Below are positions 18,101-25,924 of a stretch of DNA of 64,000 bases, piece after piece. Numbering within the stretch: position 1 is the stretch's first letter; every line of letters starts with the position of its first letter. The notes beneath the pieces are model-generated. The model saw nothing but the letters and a program-made list of their open reading frames with translations. It made no database searches and was not told where the DNA came from. Origin of the DNA: an uncultured archaeon (GTDB lineage: Archaea > Asgardarchaeota > Lokiarchaeia > Sigyniarchaeales > SOKP01); the NCBI GenBank assembly GCA_964508365.1, contig CAZDTP010000014.1:1-64000 (forward strand). The letters run 5' to 3'. The position numbers and the translations under genes were made by a program.

Positions 18101-20311
18101 GCAAATAAGAACTATCGATATGTATGCTGAAAAAATTGGTTCAAATTGAAGTTGTTGGTTAAAGATGGCGAACATTATGAAGAAAGCTTCTAGCATTATT
18201 AAATAGCTGATAAACTTTTCAATTACCATAACTTTTTCCCGAGATATAATTTCTATCTTAACTCCCAATTTCAAAATGTAATAACACGCAATAGTTATAT
18301 AGAGAATATTAAGCACGATTAACGAATTTAAAATTGTAAAAAATAAAGTAGTAATTAGATAGAAATTAAATATAAAGACTGACAGAAATATGATGCTGGA
18401 GCAAAAGAAATGATATATTAGGAAGGATTTTCGATTCATAACATTTTTTTTGTGAAGATAATAAATGGGAATGTAAGAGAGCAAGCTAACTAAAATAAGA
18501 GGTACAAAAAATACTAAGAACGAGTCCTTAGTGTAAATTGTACTATAATAACCTACCATAAACAAACCTAGATATAACGTAAATGAGTTTAATATCAACG
18601 CTAGAGCCTGAGGAAAGATTTTGTATTTCTGTGAATCAAGATATATAATTAGACTTATTATCACCAATGAAAAAAATGAAGAAATAAGTAAGTCTAAATT
18701 CAAATAAATCATGAAAAATGATAGAAGCAAAACAAAAACTTCAATAGCAATGGGATAAGATATGATATTCAAAAGAGACCTAGATTTTGATTCTTTGAGC
18801 ATTCTTATTTTCTTTCCATAGTAAATTAGAATCACTAGACAAATGGATATAAACAATAGATTAAATATGGTACCAATAATTAGATGTGCGCTAAAGTAGA
18901 TTACAATTATAAACCAGTTCAAAACGAAAAACAAAACCATGAGCACCCATGAGGAAACATAAGTGTAAATTGCGATGATTTTAGGTTTTAATACCTTTTC
19001 GCCATACAGATAATAAATCGGAGCAAAACCCAAGAAAAAAAATATAATAGGGGCAATTAAATATACATAAAACTCATTTATATTTGCGTCTAAAAAGTAA
19101 AATCCAACGATACCAGTATTAAATATCAGGATAAATAATGTCAATGTTATTTTTACTTTTCTAGGAATAATTACCACATTCGAAGGAACTAGATTAAAAA
19201 CGATACCAATAATGCAACAAGAAAGGAACAAGGCAAGCAAGGCGTCCAAAAGGAATACAAGACTAAAAATCCCATAAAATAATAAGAAAATTTCAATTAA
19301 TAGAGCAAAACTGTCAACGCTAATTATTAAATTGAAGGTGGAATCTTTAACTTTTTTTAGAATCTGTCCAAATCTAAGGTTAATTAAAATAAAAACTGAA
19401 AGAAATACTAGATCTAGAAGCATAACTACAAAATTATTCCAAAAAATTATGAACATTATAAAAAAAATCGAGGACAGCAAAAACCAGCAGGCATAATAGC
19501 TATAATTTAAAGTGATTTCTCGAGAGAATATTCGAATGACATAGTTGAAAAGCACGAATAAAATGAAAACTATTGGAAGTAAAATTGAAGATAACATTAA
19601 TTCTCCTTGAAATACCTCAAGAATTCCCAATGCTACATTTTTAATAGTAACTAAAACAAACCAAGTAGTTTCTAATAGTAAAAAGAGGGCAGTAATACAA
19701 TAATTAAAAAGTTTCCAAGGTTTTTCGTATAATCGAATACGAACATAAGAAAAATAAAACGACAATAATGTTATTGCTAAGATAATAATAGTGTGAATTA
19801 ATATACTGGAGATTAAAAGTACATTTGGATCTACTGTGAACTGTAAATATACAAATTCGATTATTGGTAAGAATGAGTATAAAATTATTGTAAAACTAGC
19901 AACAACGAGCAGATTTTGAATAATTAATACCGTTTTTTCTTGAAAATATTTAAGCCTCTCAAAAAATTGAAATATTACATATAATGACAGTGTGAGTATA
20001 AGAAATTGAATATTTAAAAGCCCTATTCCCCAAAAAAATGGTAAGATCCAAAAGATAACAACGATTAACATCCCTAAGCTACTAAAAAGATATATATACC
20101 TGCCGTAAAGAATGGTAGTAAAGTTCGCTTTTTCTTCGTAATAGGTGAGAATAAAAATTATCGGTAATGTAATAGTACTGATTAAAGGATTATTATTCAA
20201 TACTGAAATTGAGAGGACTAGAAGAATTAAACTGACTGAGACAATAAAATTTAACTTTATAAAAGTGTTAATCTCACCAGTATCAACCTCTTCAGCATTG
20301 TTAGAACTCAT
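12176..20311 (-). CDS. Giant polytopic membrane repeat protein (2711 aa)
   Basis: 8.1-kb open frame in AT-rich DNA. Hydrophobic segments alternate with short basic loops along the whole length; ~184-aa internal repeats. Confidence 0.9.
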   Translation of the reverse strand: MSSNNAEEVDTGEINTFIKLNFIVSVSLILLVLSISVLNNNPLISTITLPIIFILTYYEEKANFTTILYGRYIYLFSSLGMLIVVIFWILPFFWGIGLLNIQFLILTLSLYVIFQFFERLKYFQEKTVLIIQNLLVVASFTIILYSFLPIIEFVYLQFTVDPNVLLISSILIHTIIILAITLLSFYFSYVRIRLYEKPWKLFNYCITALFLLLETTWFVLVTIKNVALGILEVFQGELMLSSILLPIVFILFVLFNYVIRIFSREITLNYSYYACWFLLSSIFFIMFIIFWNNFVVMLLDLVFLSVFILINLRFGQILKKVKDSTFNLIISVDSFALLIEIFLLFYGIFSLVFLLDALLALFLSCCIIGIVFNLVPSNVVIIPRKVKITLTLFILIFNTGIVGFYFLDANINEFYVYLIAPIIFFFLGFAPIYYLYGEKVLKPKIIAIYTYVSSWVLMVLFFVLNWFIIVIYFSAHLIIGTIFNLLFISICLVILIYYGKKIRMLKESKSRSLLNIISYPIAIEVFVLLLSFFMIYLNLDLLISSFFSLVIISLIIYLDSQKYKIFPQALALILNSFTLYLGLFMVGYYSTIYTKDSFLVFFVPLILVSLLSYIPIYYLHKKNVMNRKSFLIYHFFCSSIIFLSVFIFNFYLITTLFFTILNSLIVLNILYITIACYYILKLGVKIEIISREKVMVIEKFISYLIMLEAFFIMFAIFNQQLQFEPIFSAYISIVLICLIINFLSKKRILFSEKISNGFNIVTMCFTSILISFYLFLFLSTSVYAYNIPLLILGISLLLPLFYSLNKNVFIKFMERMLIIDSLVISGLVISLPYIIGLDFNRLGVAVDYYIINSAAIALFFGFLVFLEFLFDKYKLKESYFVSIKTCQVITWVILSFIISAKFFAVLNSITHNVGIDISCSSLVFLVLNLIILIPIENLKQRIFENEQSKFDYYRIYKIYEYTKNIFYFFIEFMVASLTIFLFPFHNIYSLFQLQESILLTLTTYVGIFLLTYLIVSTVSRKLFKIEFSRIRWAFDLSAWVIIKILLCFYILIIPAQLSLIQRIGLPLVIVLFISPITIYYLRNNFFISDDSQTLYKRLIYYIFYFVLIIIFSELYWNYSQIFPFYSIYQPLRLIVLFCGIYLLFNYYLVKYNDTIENVSEFKLIKILLGPSLLMLSFFSIFPSVFEYFAYVFFIIMIYFFISNRNRNFVFRIISYFSLSWLILVRLIITLNYYMLLPSFDIFDFPFYLFYFNFSLMIVLFFSIVLNIRNVNVIEKFALYILISIITFSLLLYNTVIPLIYNISFSLFLFLILTGNFYYKQKNDLYKWFIRPCVLLMVFNLISFLSYYILFNNPIFIDFNPILTFTLTLSVTSISYVGTYNKAPENFRRRSFYIAFSSYIISIPTLMYFFLNASFNLPVWDPFLLIITINIGILLFYLSIGFYYWKFSWVIWKTGWRLWIIVPFVNFYIINESFTDININTNALNLFGINISGSFIISFTICVLLSLPFWYSWIKRHFSSILIIVWSFSLFFLYWFSQNVFSENIVITNIVFFVFAVSLLMPVIYRMKMWKIITLLWLFYIFINISFLFMLFQVILLPLEINLSINLIVLGFFFVILSFFPNLKNLKNIILIGSYFLSLIGIFLTLFLIINSIILNFFISINLSFIILAFSLFSSRILKLNRTFFNIIISSILVVNFSFFTYNTFILIPNIEIIALSLAITVFGGSILVFNRFRMIMPLKKIFPLSILSIGTSLTLSSLVYVFLPGSIFLLSAIFIFVNLLFLRSVLYEYSFILWYITPLALTLLTLQFILFIELFQSLYYIVLLSLLIYSAYFSISRLIFMKKIEEQESEKDYGMTKFDSIMSLLSHFELGLLSFGLIQELITISLYGAILLSVAIFFLSTLLDIHVLKRILEKIAYLFNIVAFLVISVGGLIYFIQITGTDATLFVLTLVIFLVLQFYTLHYLSYYIEEVTKYDASKIKEIKNQSQSILLNTIFLVISIYLSLFLNDLLIAYNPLLLGIPSLSFVLAVFSFLMFLLNGFLNRTIEDKYKKIILFSTFIAFQIFFGIFWLALFTTFAILDFLRMALVILSETLLTNYTVHLSKDIIKNEEWVTKTRKLFSILVFTIYLEISVLFLGLFVLFTGLIQSLLYSQIILFIISILEIYGIKRLKAGYMDVVHCLSFLNISWTLSLILLYLYGFSISSLFYIFLIFLLMHFYTNISYFNIRRKINPEKLEIFGKWKTNRQNFLGIGLYAFLIINIFNSLTAFGIVFHIAILILSILTHLISLLDKFILKFLKKTSNFFIITSWIVMIGFSILFYIDWNSLFFPHLFPITIIFFIIQIAYLFRLISEWDYISSNISKIKKCLILIVYFDLITWPLYYINPDYFISFNLSILSFIILLILTFIDNYIKVVSDKARNFLRISSFICIETLLSLDLFITLEFFINPNLILNLSIALFIFMIINLVLFKPFKQSKLFSFLYSGLMFLLLSLITFNLSSSGWSFSWLLIGMMLYLFIFMFEELKKFLNNIIDNLRFVLIKVKNILLNFYYSTLNFLKKHFRLIGTILCLFIGIIVGMLFSNIVLGLLRWDHASLLGIATSGILISLLPTGKTDDLDQAFKQRMQRFITLWISFTIFVFALILPYLTSIIFGIILILSSIIILGAILAIYIYRIEKKQKISIKWRFYTTIILIVLTVIWAILLVVLYLAEIVI

Positions 20312-21239
20312 TGATTTTAATCCTCCTTAAGAATTTGCTGTAGAATGAACTTATATATAATCTGATTTTAAAGTAAAATGCTAAGAAAACGAGGGATAAT
20401 AACGAGATGTTTATAATTTCTATGAAGTCGTGATGAATACCAACTAATATATAGACGATTACTATAACGAAAGGCATTTGAATTAACAGTACAAATACTA
20501 GGCCTAATAAAGAATTTACAAATTTTTTCTTAAAAATTATTAAGTCTTCTAAGAACGGTTTCTTACTGTCAATCGAAATAGCAATATTTTTACAGATTTT
20601 TACACAGGAGAGTCGAGAAATAACATAAAATATGATGTTCCAAATGAGAGGAAATAACCAAGAGACTTTTGTATTAAAAGTATAAGAGAGGAATACTATA
20701 TGAACAATGTAGTTAACAGCTAACATGATATTATAAGGTTGCCTAATAATTTGAGAAGAAGAAATTGCATGATTGAATTTCTCTTCCGTAGGATCAAAAA
20801 AATCAATGGGCTGAAAATAATAATAATAATATACAATATTATACAAGATGCTAAAAGAAATTATAGGTAAAAGCTCAAAGTAGTTATCTCCTGGAGTAAA
20901 TAAAACAAAAATTGGGGTAACGATTAAAGCTAAGATCGTTATTAAAAAGACGATATTAATTCTTGCGGAAAGATTATTTAATTTGTTGGAAAAAAAGGGA
21001 TTTTTCCTGTATTTGTCAAATGCCTTATAAAAGAATAATAAAACAAACATAAAAGTTATAACAGACAACCCAACTGAAACAATAGGGTCTTTACCTATAA
21101 AAAAATAAATGAAAAATCCAACAACTGCTACTAATGACGGAACAATTATTAAATAAAAACTGAACCACCAAAATTTCCAAAGTAATTCGGTTGCCTTTGT
21201 GATCTTCTCATCAGAAGAGCTGATTTTATTAGATTTCAT
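20301..21239 (-). CDS. Hypothetical membrane protein (about 8 TM) overlapping the giant gene's start
   Basis: 312-aa hydrophobic ORF; its 3' end overlaps the start of 12176..20311 by 11 nt. Confidence 0.82.
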   Translation of the reverse strand: MKSNKISSSDEKITKATELLWKFWWFSFYLIIVPSLVAVVGFFIYFFIGKDPIVSVGLSVITFMFVLLFFYKAFDKYRKNPFFSNKLNNLSARINIVFLITILALIVTPIFVLFTPGDNYFELLPIISFSILYNIVYYYYYFQPIDFFDPTEEKFNHAISSSQIIRQPYNIMLAVNYIVHIVFLSYTFNTKVSWLFPLIWNIIFYVISRLSCVKICKNIAISIDSKKPFLEDLIIFKKKFVNSLLGLVFVLLIQMPFVIVIVYILVGIHHDFIEIINISLLSLVFLAFYFKIRLYISSFYSKFLRRIKINEF

Positions 21240-21389
21240 TTTAATAAAATAGTAACTGAATCTATTCTGAGTTATATAGATATATTCATTAAAAAATGTT
21301 TATACGAAGAAAGGTGTGAATTGAATCAAATATGGTAAAATTATAACTTGATTGATAAATTACGGTAAAATATTTTAAAAAAATAAAAT

Positions 21390-22712
21390 TTATTGAAATT
21401 TAGGTAAAAACTCACTTTGCAATTCTTTCATCTCGCTAAAAATTCTTTCAGCTATCTCAAAACTCCCTACATTAGGATCTATGGCTAATGCATTAATTGC
21501 TACTTCTTTAGATTTAGTAAGGATCGCTTCAACGCACAGATCTTGGATACTCGCCTCAATTCGAAGTAGGGCTGCTATATTTTTCGGTAAATTTCCCCAT
21601 TTAATTCCGCGTATACCAGCTTTACTAACTGTTACTGGACACTCAATAATCAAATCTTGTGGTAAATTATCTATGATTCCATTGTTTGGAATGTTGACAG
21701 CGCTCTCATAGGACGGTTGGTTAGTAACCATCGCTTCAATAATAGGAACTGCTCGTTCTCCTGATATTCCCTTTGAGAGCATACCTTTTTTAAGATACTT
21801 TCCCTCTTTAAGTCGCTTATAATTTCTCATAACCTTTCTATAGATATGTTCACCATGCTTTTCAGTTCTATTAATCCAATCTACCATATCTTGTGTTTCA
21901 GTAAATTCCTCACCAAACTGTAAATATTCACCTAGATGATTATCCCCTACATACGGAAAATAACCAAATCTCTTGAAAACTTCAAATGTTAACGAAGAAA
22001 ATTCGAACCTATCTTCATGTTGTTTAAAATACTCTGGAGCTATCTTGTTAAATTTCGGCATTAAATCCATTCCAGTAGAGATTTCCTCAAGCCCCATTAA
22101 AAATCCAAAATGATTTAATCCATAAGGTTTTAGTTTTAAATTCTCTAAATTTTTATTGAGCATTTGAGGTATATGGTAATTGAGAAACCCAATTTGATGG
22201 CATAACCCAATAAATTTAAGATTTGTTGTTGTTCTTTTGATAGCTAAGCATACTCTTGCCATTGGATTAGAAAAATTTATAAAAAAAGCGTTTGGACATA
22301 AATTATCGACATCTTTTACAATATCGATAATTGGAGGTATTATTCTAAAAGCATGCATAGTTCCCCCTGGACCACCACATTCGCCTAATATTTGTTTTGA
22401 GTTGTATTTTCGTGGAATTTCGTAATCTTCTCTCCACAATTTAAAGCGCTCTCCTACTTCAATGGAACTTATTATGAAATCTGCACCTCTTAATGCATCT
22501 CTACGGTTTGTAGTGTGTTCAATAATAAATTTGTCGTTATGGATTTTGTTTTCGGTTATAACTAATTCATAAATTATATTTAAATGTTCTTTATCGATGT
22601 CGTGTAATACTATCGTCGATCCATGCAAAAATTCACTTTGAAAGAGATCTAATAAAGTAGAAGGTCCAAAGGAGGTACTACCTGCCCCTATTAAAACTAT
22701 TTTACTTTTCAT
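21390..22712 (-). CDS. Glycoside hydrolase family 4 (alpha-galactosidase/MelA-like)
   Basis: NAD-binding IGAGSTSFG, GECGGPGG, NFSNP, GLCH, GLNH and IDNLP motifs. Confidence 0.9.
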   Translation of the reverse strand: MKSKIVLIGAGSTSFGPSTLLDLFQSEFLHGSTIVLHDIDKEHLNIIYELVITENKIHNDKFIIEHTTNRRDALRGADFIISSIEVGERFKLWREDYEIPRKYNSKQILGECGGPGGTMHAFRIIPPIIDIVKDVDNLCPNAFFINFSNPMARVCLAIKRTTTNLKFIGLCHQIGFLNYHIPQMLNKNLENLKLKPYGLNHFGFLMGLEEISTGMDLMPKFNKIAPEYFKQHEDRFEFSSLTFEVFKRFGYFPYVGDNHLGEYLQFGEEFTETQDMVDWINRTEKHGEHIYRKVMRNYKRLKEGKYLKKGMLSKGISGERAVPIIEAMVTNQPSYESAVNIPNNGIIDNLPQDLIIECPVTVSKAGIRGIKWGNLPKNIAALLRIEASIQDLCVEAILTKSKEVAINALAIDPNVGSFEIAERIFSEMKELQSEFLPKFQ

Positions 22713-22917
22713 TGTTCTCTAGTATTATTTAAGTAAATTGTATCTATTAGTGATACAATGTCTTTTGTAAAGTATAATGAGTTTAAAGAGTTATTAATTA
22801 AAAATTTGTAAAACTATTATGAAAGATTTTTCAATTAACAAAACAAATGGGAATTTACACCCATAATATTTATTAGTGTACACTTATTTCCTTTTTATAA
22901 TAATGAATTTTTCACGG

Positions 22918-23091
22918 CATAATACTGATTCATGGGTTGGCTGTAAGAGCGCCATTATTCCCTTAGTAACAGTATTATGAAGAGAATAAATCCTTTTTTC
23001 TCTCTTTTTCTTTTTAATTTTTGGATTTATTCTCTGAGTAAAATGACTTTCAATAATAAAAAAAAAAGAGGGATAAGGGCTTAATTCTTAC
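22918..23091 (+). promoter_or_regulatory. Structured leader 1 (several inverted repeats around a pyrimidine tract)
   Basis: CATAATACTG 22918-22927 / CAGTATTATG 22970-22979; GAGAATAAATCC 22982-22993 / GGATTTATTCTC 23023-23034; GTAAGA..GCC..TTATTCCCT 22943-22963 can pair with AGGGATAAGGGC..TCTTAC 23069-23091. Confidence 0.45.
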
Positions 23092-23111
23092 CGTAAATTC
23101 TAAATAAAAGA

Positions 23112-23306
23112 ATGGAGGTGAAAAAAGAATTGGCAGATAAAATTGATCCTGAATCAATATTGGAGTATTATAAAGATTGGAATTCTGATCTAGCCCCTAT
23201 AATGATGTGTTTTGATATCTCAGATGCCTATCCGGGTCAAATTGAAAGCGAGGATCAAAAAAAAATAGCTTATCTGAGACAAAAATACAAAAAACTGGCT
23301 AAATAA
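23112..23306 (+). CDS. Small hypothetical protein A (true start possibly TTG at 23130)
   Basis: GGAGGTGA Shine-Dalgarno at 23114-23121, 8 nt before an in-frame TTG. Contains YPGQIE; followed by a T run. Confidence 0.65.
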   Translation: MEVKKELADKIDPESILEYYKDWNSDLAPIMMCFDISDAYPGQIESEDQKKIAYLRQKYKKLAK

Positions 23307-23605
23307 TTTTTTTTTCAATTTATTCTTCTCTATTATTTATTAGCTCCTAAAGCTAAGATTTTGGAAATTTTACATTGATACAATTTCTAGGTTAATTAAA
23401 TTGATATATATTCATTTTTAGATGAATTTAAAAATTACTTTCCTAAATTCATTTTATTCAAATGATTTTTTATAAAATGGGAATAATAAGTGAAACATTT
23501 AAATAGCATCCTCGTTATATTTATTCTAATGATCTTAAATAATACTACTAAATACTCAATTGTAAGAGTTATAAGCCCTTTATTGGTTGTAGTATTAGTA
23601 TTATA

Positions 23606-23710
23606 GATGAGAGCCGATCCTTTTCGATCTTCTTTTTAATCTTTTCTTGGATTTACTCTCTCATCAAAGAATTTAAATATAATTAAATTGAGATCATAAA
23701 GGATTCCGGC
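23606..23710 (+). promoter_or_regulatory. Structured leader 2, related to leader 1
   Basis: GATGAGAG 23606-23613 / CTCTCATC 23658-23665; alternative pairing of GCCGATCCTTT..GATCT 23613-23630 with AGATC..AAAGGAT..CGGC 23691-23710. Shares the ATCCTTTT..CTTTTTAAT..TTGGATTTAyTCTC core with leader 1. Confidence 0.45.
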
Positions 23711-23745
23711 ACCTCAGGAGAAGTAAAAAAAAAGGAGGTGAAAAA

Positions 23746-23952
23746 ATGGAAAAAGAAGTTCTTGATAAAATTGAAAATCAGATTACCTTAGAAAATAATA
23801 TGACTCCTTTAAAGGAAAAAAACAAACACACAAACGAAAGTACCTTCTGGAAATATCTAGATCATTCAAACTGGATTCCAGGAGAAATTGAAGTTGAGGA
23901 AGAAATCAATAAAGATTATGATTGGTGGAAAAGAAAATCTATTAAGAAATAG
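23746..23952 (+). CDS. Small hypothetical protein B
   Basis: GGAGGTG SD at 23734-23740, 5 nt before ATG. Contains IPGEIE. Confidence 0.68.
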   Translation: MEKEVLDKIENQITLENNMTPLKEKNKHTNESTFWKYLDHSNWIPGEIEVEEEINKDYDWWKRKSIKK

Positions 23953-23969
23953 TCTAAAATTAAAGTGTC

Positions 23970-25145
23970 CTAATTGAGAGTTCTTTCTATTCTTTCTAAG
24001 GCTTCTTTTAATTTTTCAATTGGTTGGGTTAAAGCGAATCTAACAAAACCTTCTCCATAAGTGCCAAAGCCCGTACCGGGAGTTAAGATTACACCTTCGT
24101 TAATTAACTTTTTAATGAACTCCATGCTATTTGTTTCTCCTTTCGGTATGCGAGTCCAGACATAAAAAGTCGCTTTAGGCTTGTCCGTGTTCCAACCGAT
24201 ATCATTAAGACCCTTTACCAAAACATCGCGCCTTTCCTCATATATTTTTACATTATCTCTTACGATTTTAGGTTTTTCTTCTGATTTATATTCATTTAAA
24301 CCTTTTATCACAGCTTTTTGGATAAAAACTGGGCATCCCGAATCAATGTGAGACTTAACCTTCCTTAATCCACTAATAATATCCTTATCCCCCACTGCCC
24401 ATCCGCACCTAAATCCCGTCATGCAGAACATTTTTGACGAGCTATTAATTTCTATGTGATTCTGATCTATCTGCAAAAGCGTTGGAGCGATATAATCCTC
24501 GTAAGTGAATTCTGAATACGGATTGTCATAAACAATGATGAAATTATAATCCTCTGCGTTATCTGCGGCTTCTTTTAGAAACTCCTTCGTTGCTATTGCG
24601 CCAGTTGGATTATTTGGGTAATTTAAATACATCAATTTAGCTTTTTTTAAGATTTTACTTTCAATAACTTCAAAATCGGGTAAAAAATCATTTTCTCTTT
24701 TTAAAGGAATCGAATATATTTTTCCATCACATAATTTAGTGGCACCATTTTCATATACGGGATAACCGGGATTAGGACATAATACAATATCTCCGGGATT
24801 AACAAACACTCTAGCGATATTAGCTACTCCCTCCTTTCCTCCTATTACGTTAGTTACTTCATCATTAGCATCAAATTTTAAATTAAATCTGACCTCATAC
24901 CACTTCTGTACAGCCTCTCTAAAATCTTGTTCTCCCTTACTTGATGGGTAATTTTGATTTTCGGGGATTTTTACTTGATTAATTAGTTCATTAATAATCA
25001 TATCTGGAGTGGTTAAATCCGGGTCACCTATCCCTAAGGGGATGAAGTCTATTCCTTCCTTTTTCCTTTCATTGATTAGTTGCTCAATTTCTGCGAAAAT
25101 ATATCCTGGTAACTTATTAATCCTATTTGCATATTTTATTCTAAT
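23970..25145 (-). CDS. dapL: Class I/II PLP aminotransferase, LL-diaminopimelate aminotransferase-like (start extended to a probable ATT at 25145)
   Basis: YLNYPNNPTG, YDNPY, SSSKMFCMTGFRCG (PLP lysine), PGTGFG..GEGFVR. The frame stays open 48 codons above the called ATG and encodes the conserved YANRINKLPGYIFAEI..LGIGDPD segment. Confidence 0.85.
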   Translation of the reverse strand: MRIKYANRINKLPGYIFAEIEQLINERKKEGIDFIPLGIGDPDLTTPDMIINELINQVKIPENQNYPSSKGEQDFREAVQKWYEVRFNLKFDANDEVTNVIGGKEGVANIARVFVNPGDIVLCPNPGYPVYENGATKLCDGKIYSIPLKRENDFLPDFEVIESKILKKAKLMYLNYPNNPTGAIATKEFLKEAADNAEDYNFIIVYDNPYSEFTYEDYIAPTLLQIDQNHIEINSSSKMFCMTGFRCGWAVGDKDIISGLRKVKSHIDSGCPVFIQKAVIKGLNEYKSEEKPKIVRDNVKIYEERRDVLVKGLNDIGWNTDKPKATFYVWTRIPKGETNSMEFIKKLINEGVILTPGTGFGTYGEGFVRFALTQPIEKLKEALERIERTLN

Positions 25146-25380
25146 TTACAACACCAAGCAAATTTTAGTAAATAAAAAATTGTATTAACTCATTCACAAA
25201 TAGATAAAAATCTTATGAAATGGATTAAGTAAAAATAAATTTCCTTTTTGCAAAAAACGCGAAATCTTTTTCATAGAATTCAGCTTATTTTATATTATAT
25301 AACCAATTATTTAAAATCTAAATTTATTATTATTTACACTTAAAGAATAATTATTTGAAAATAGAGGTCGCATACACTAA

Positions 25381-25794
25381 ATGGGTCGTCACACGAGGTT
25401 TAGACAAGTTAAAGATCCTCCACAAAATTTCTATTTTCAATCTGAAAATGAAAACTCATCAGTCGGATTAAATATCGCAGAATTCGAAGCCTTAAGATTA
25501 AAACATTACATTTCCTTAACCCAAAAGAGTTCCGCTGATACCATGGGAGTGTCCCAACCTACTTTTTCGCGAATTTTAGAGAAAGCTCACGAAAAAATTA
25601 CGCAAGCCTTAATAGAAGGAAAAGACATCCGTGTTTATGGAGGGAAAGTTAATCTTAAGCAAGATTATAAGGGTTACGGATGTTTAGATTGTGATGAAGA
25701 ATGGGAAGATGAATTAGCTTCAAAAAATCGCAAAGTGAACTGCCCCAATTGTAACAGTAAAAAAGTCTATTTTTTAGTAAGAGAACCACTATAA
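25381..25794 (+). CDS. DUF134/UPF0251 HTH protein with C-terminal zinc ribbon
   Basis: EFEALRLKHYISLTQKSSADTMGVSQPTFSRILEKAHEKITQALIEGK followed by CxxC...CPNC. Confidence 0.85.
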   Translation: MGRHTRFRQVKDPPQNFYFQSENENSSVGLNIAEFEALRLKHYISLTQKSSADTMGVSQPTFSRILEKAHEKITQALIEGKDIRVYGGKVNLKQDYKGYGCLDCDEEWEDELASKNRKVNCPNCNSKKVYFLVREPL

Positions 25795-25924
25795 TAATAT
25801 ATGACTATGAAGCTGAAGCGTAAAAAAAAGCTTTACCTTCACTTAAACACAGAATTTTAATTAAATTAAACATTTATCAACCTATTTAATTTTAAAAGAA
25901 TTCATTTTCGGAAGATGATAATTA

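Noticed and set aside
12176-20311. Calling the giant protein a Piezo homolog
   Set aside because: No sequence motif or extracellular cap domain recognised; kept as an architectural analogy only.
22918-23091. Assignment of leader 1 to a known riboswitch (cobalamin AGGGAA-like or SAM-I-like words on the reverse strand)
   Set aside because: Only isolated words match; the conserved cores are absent.
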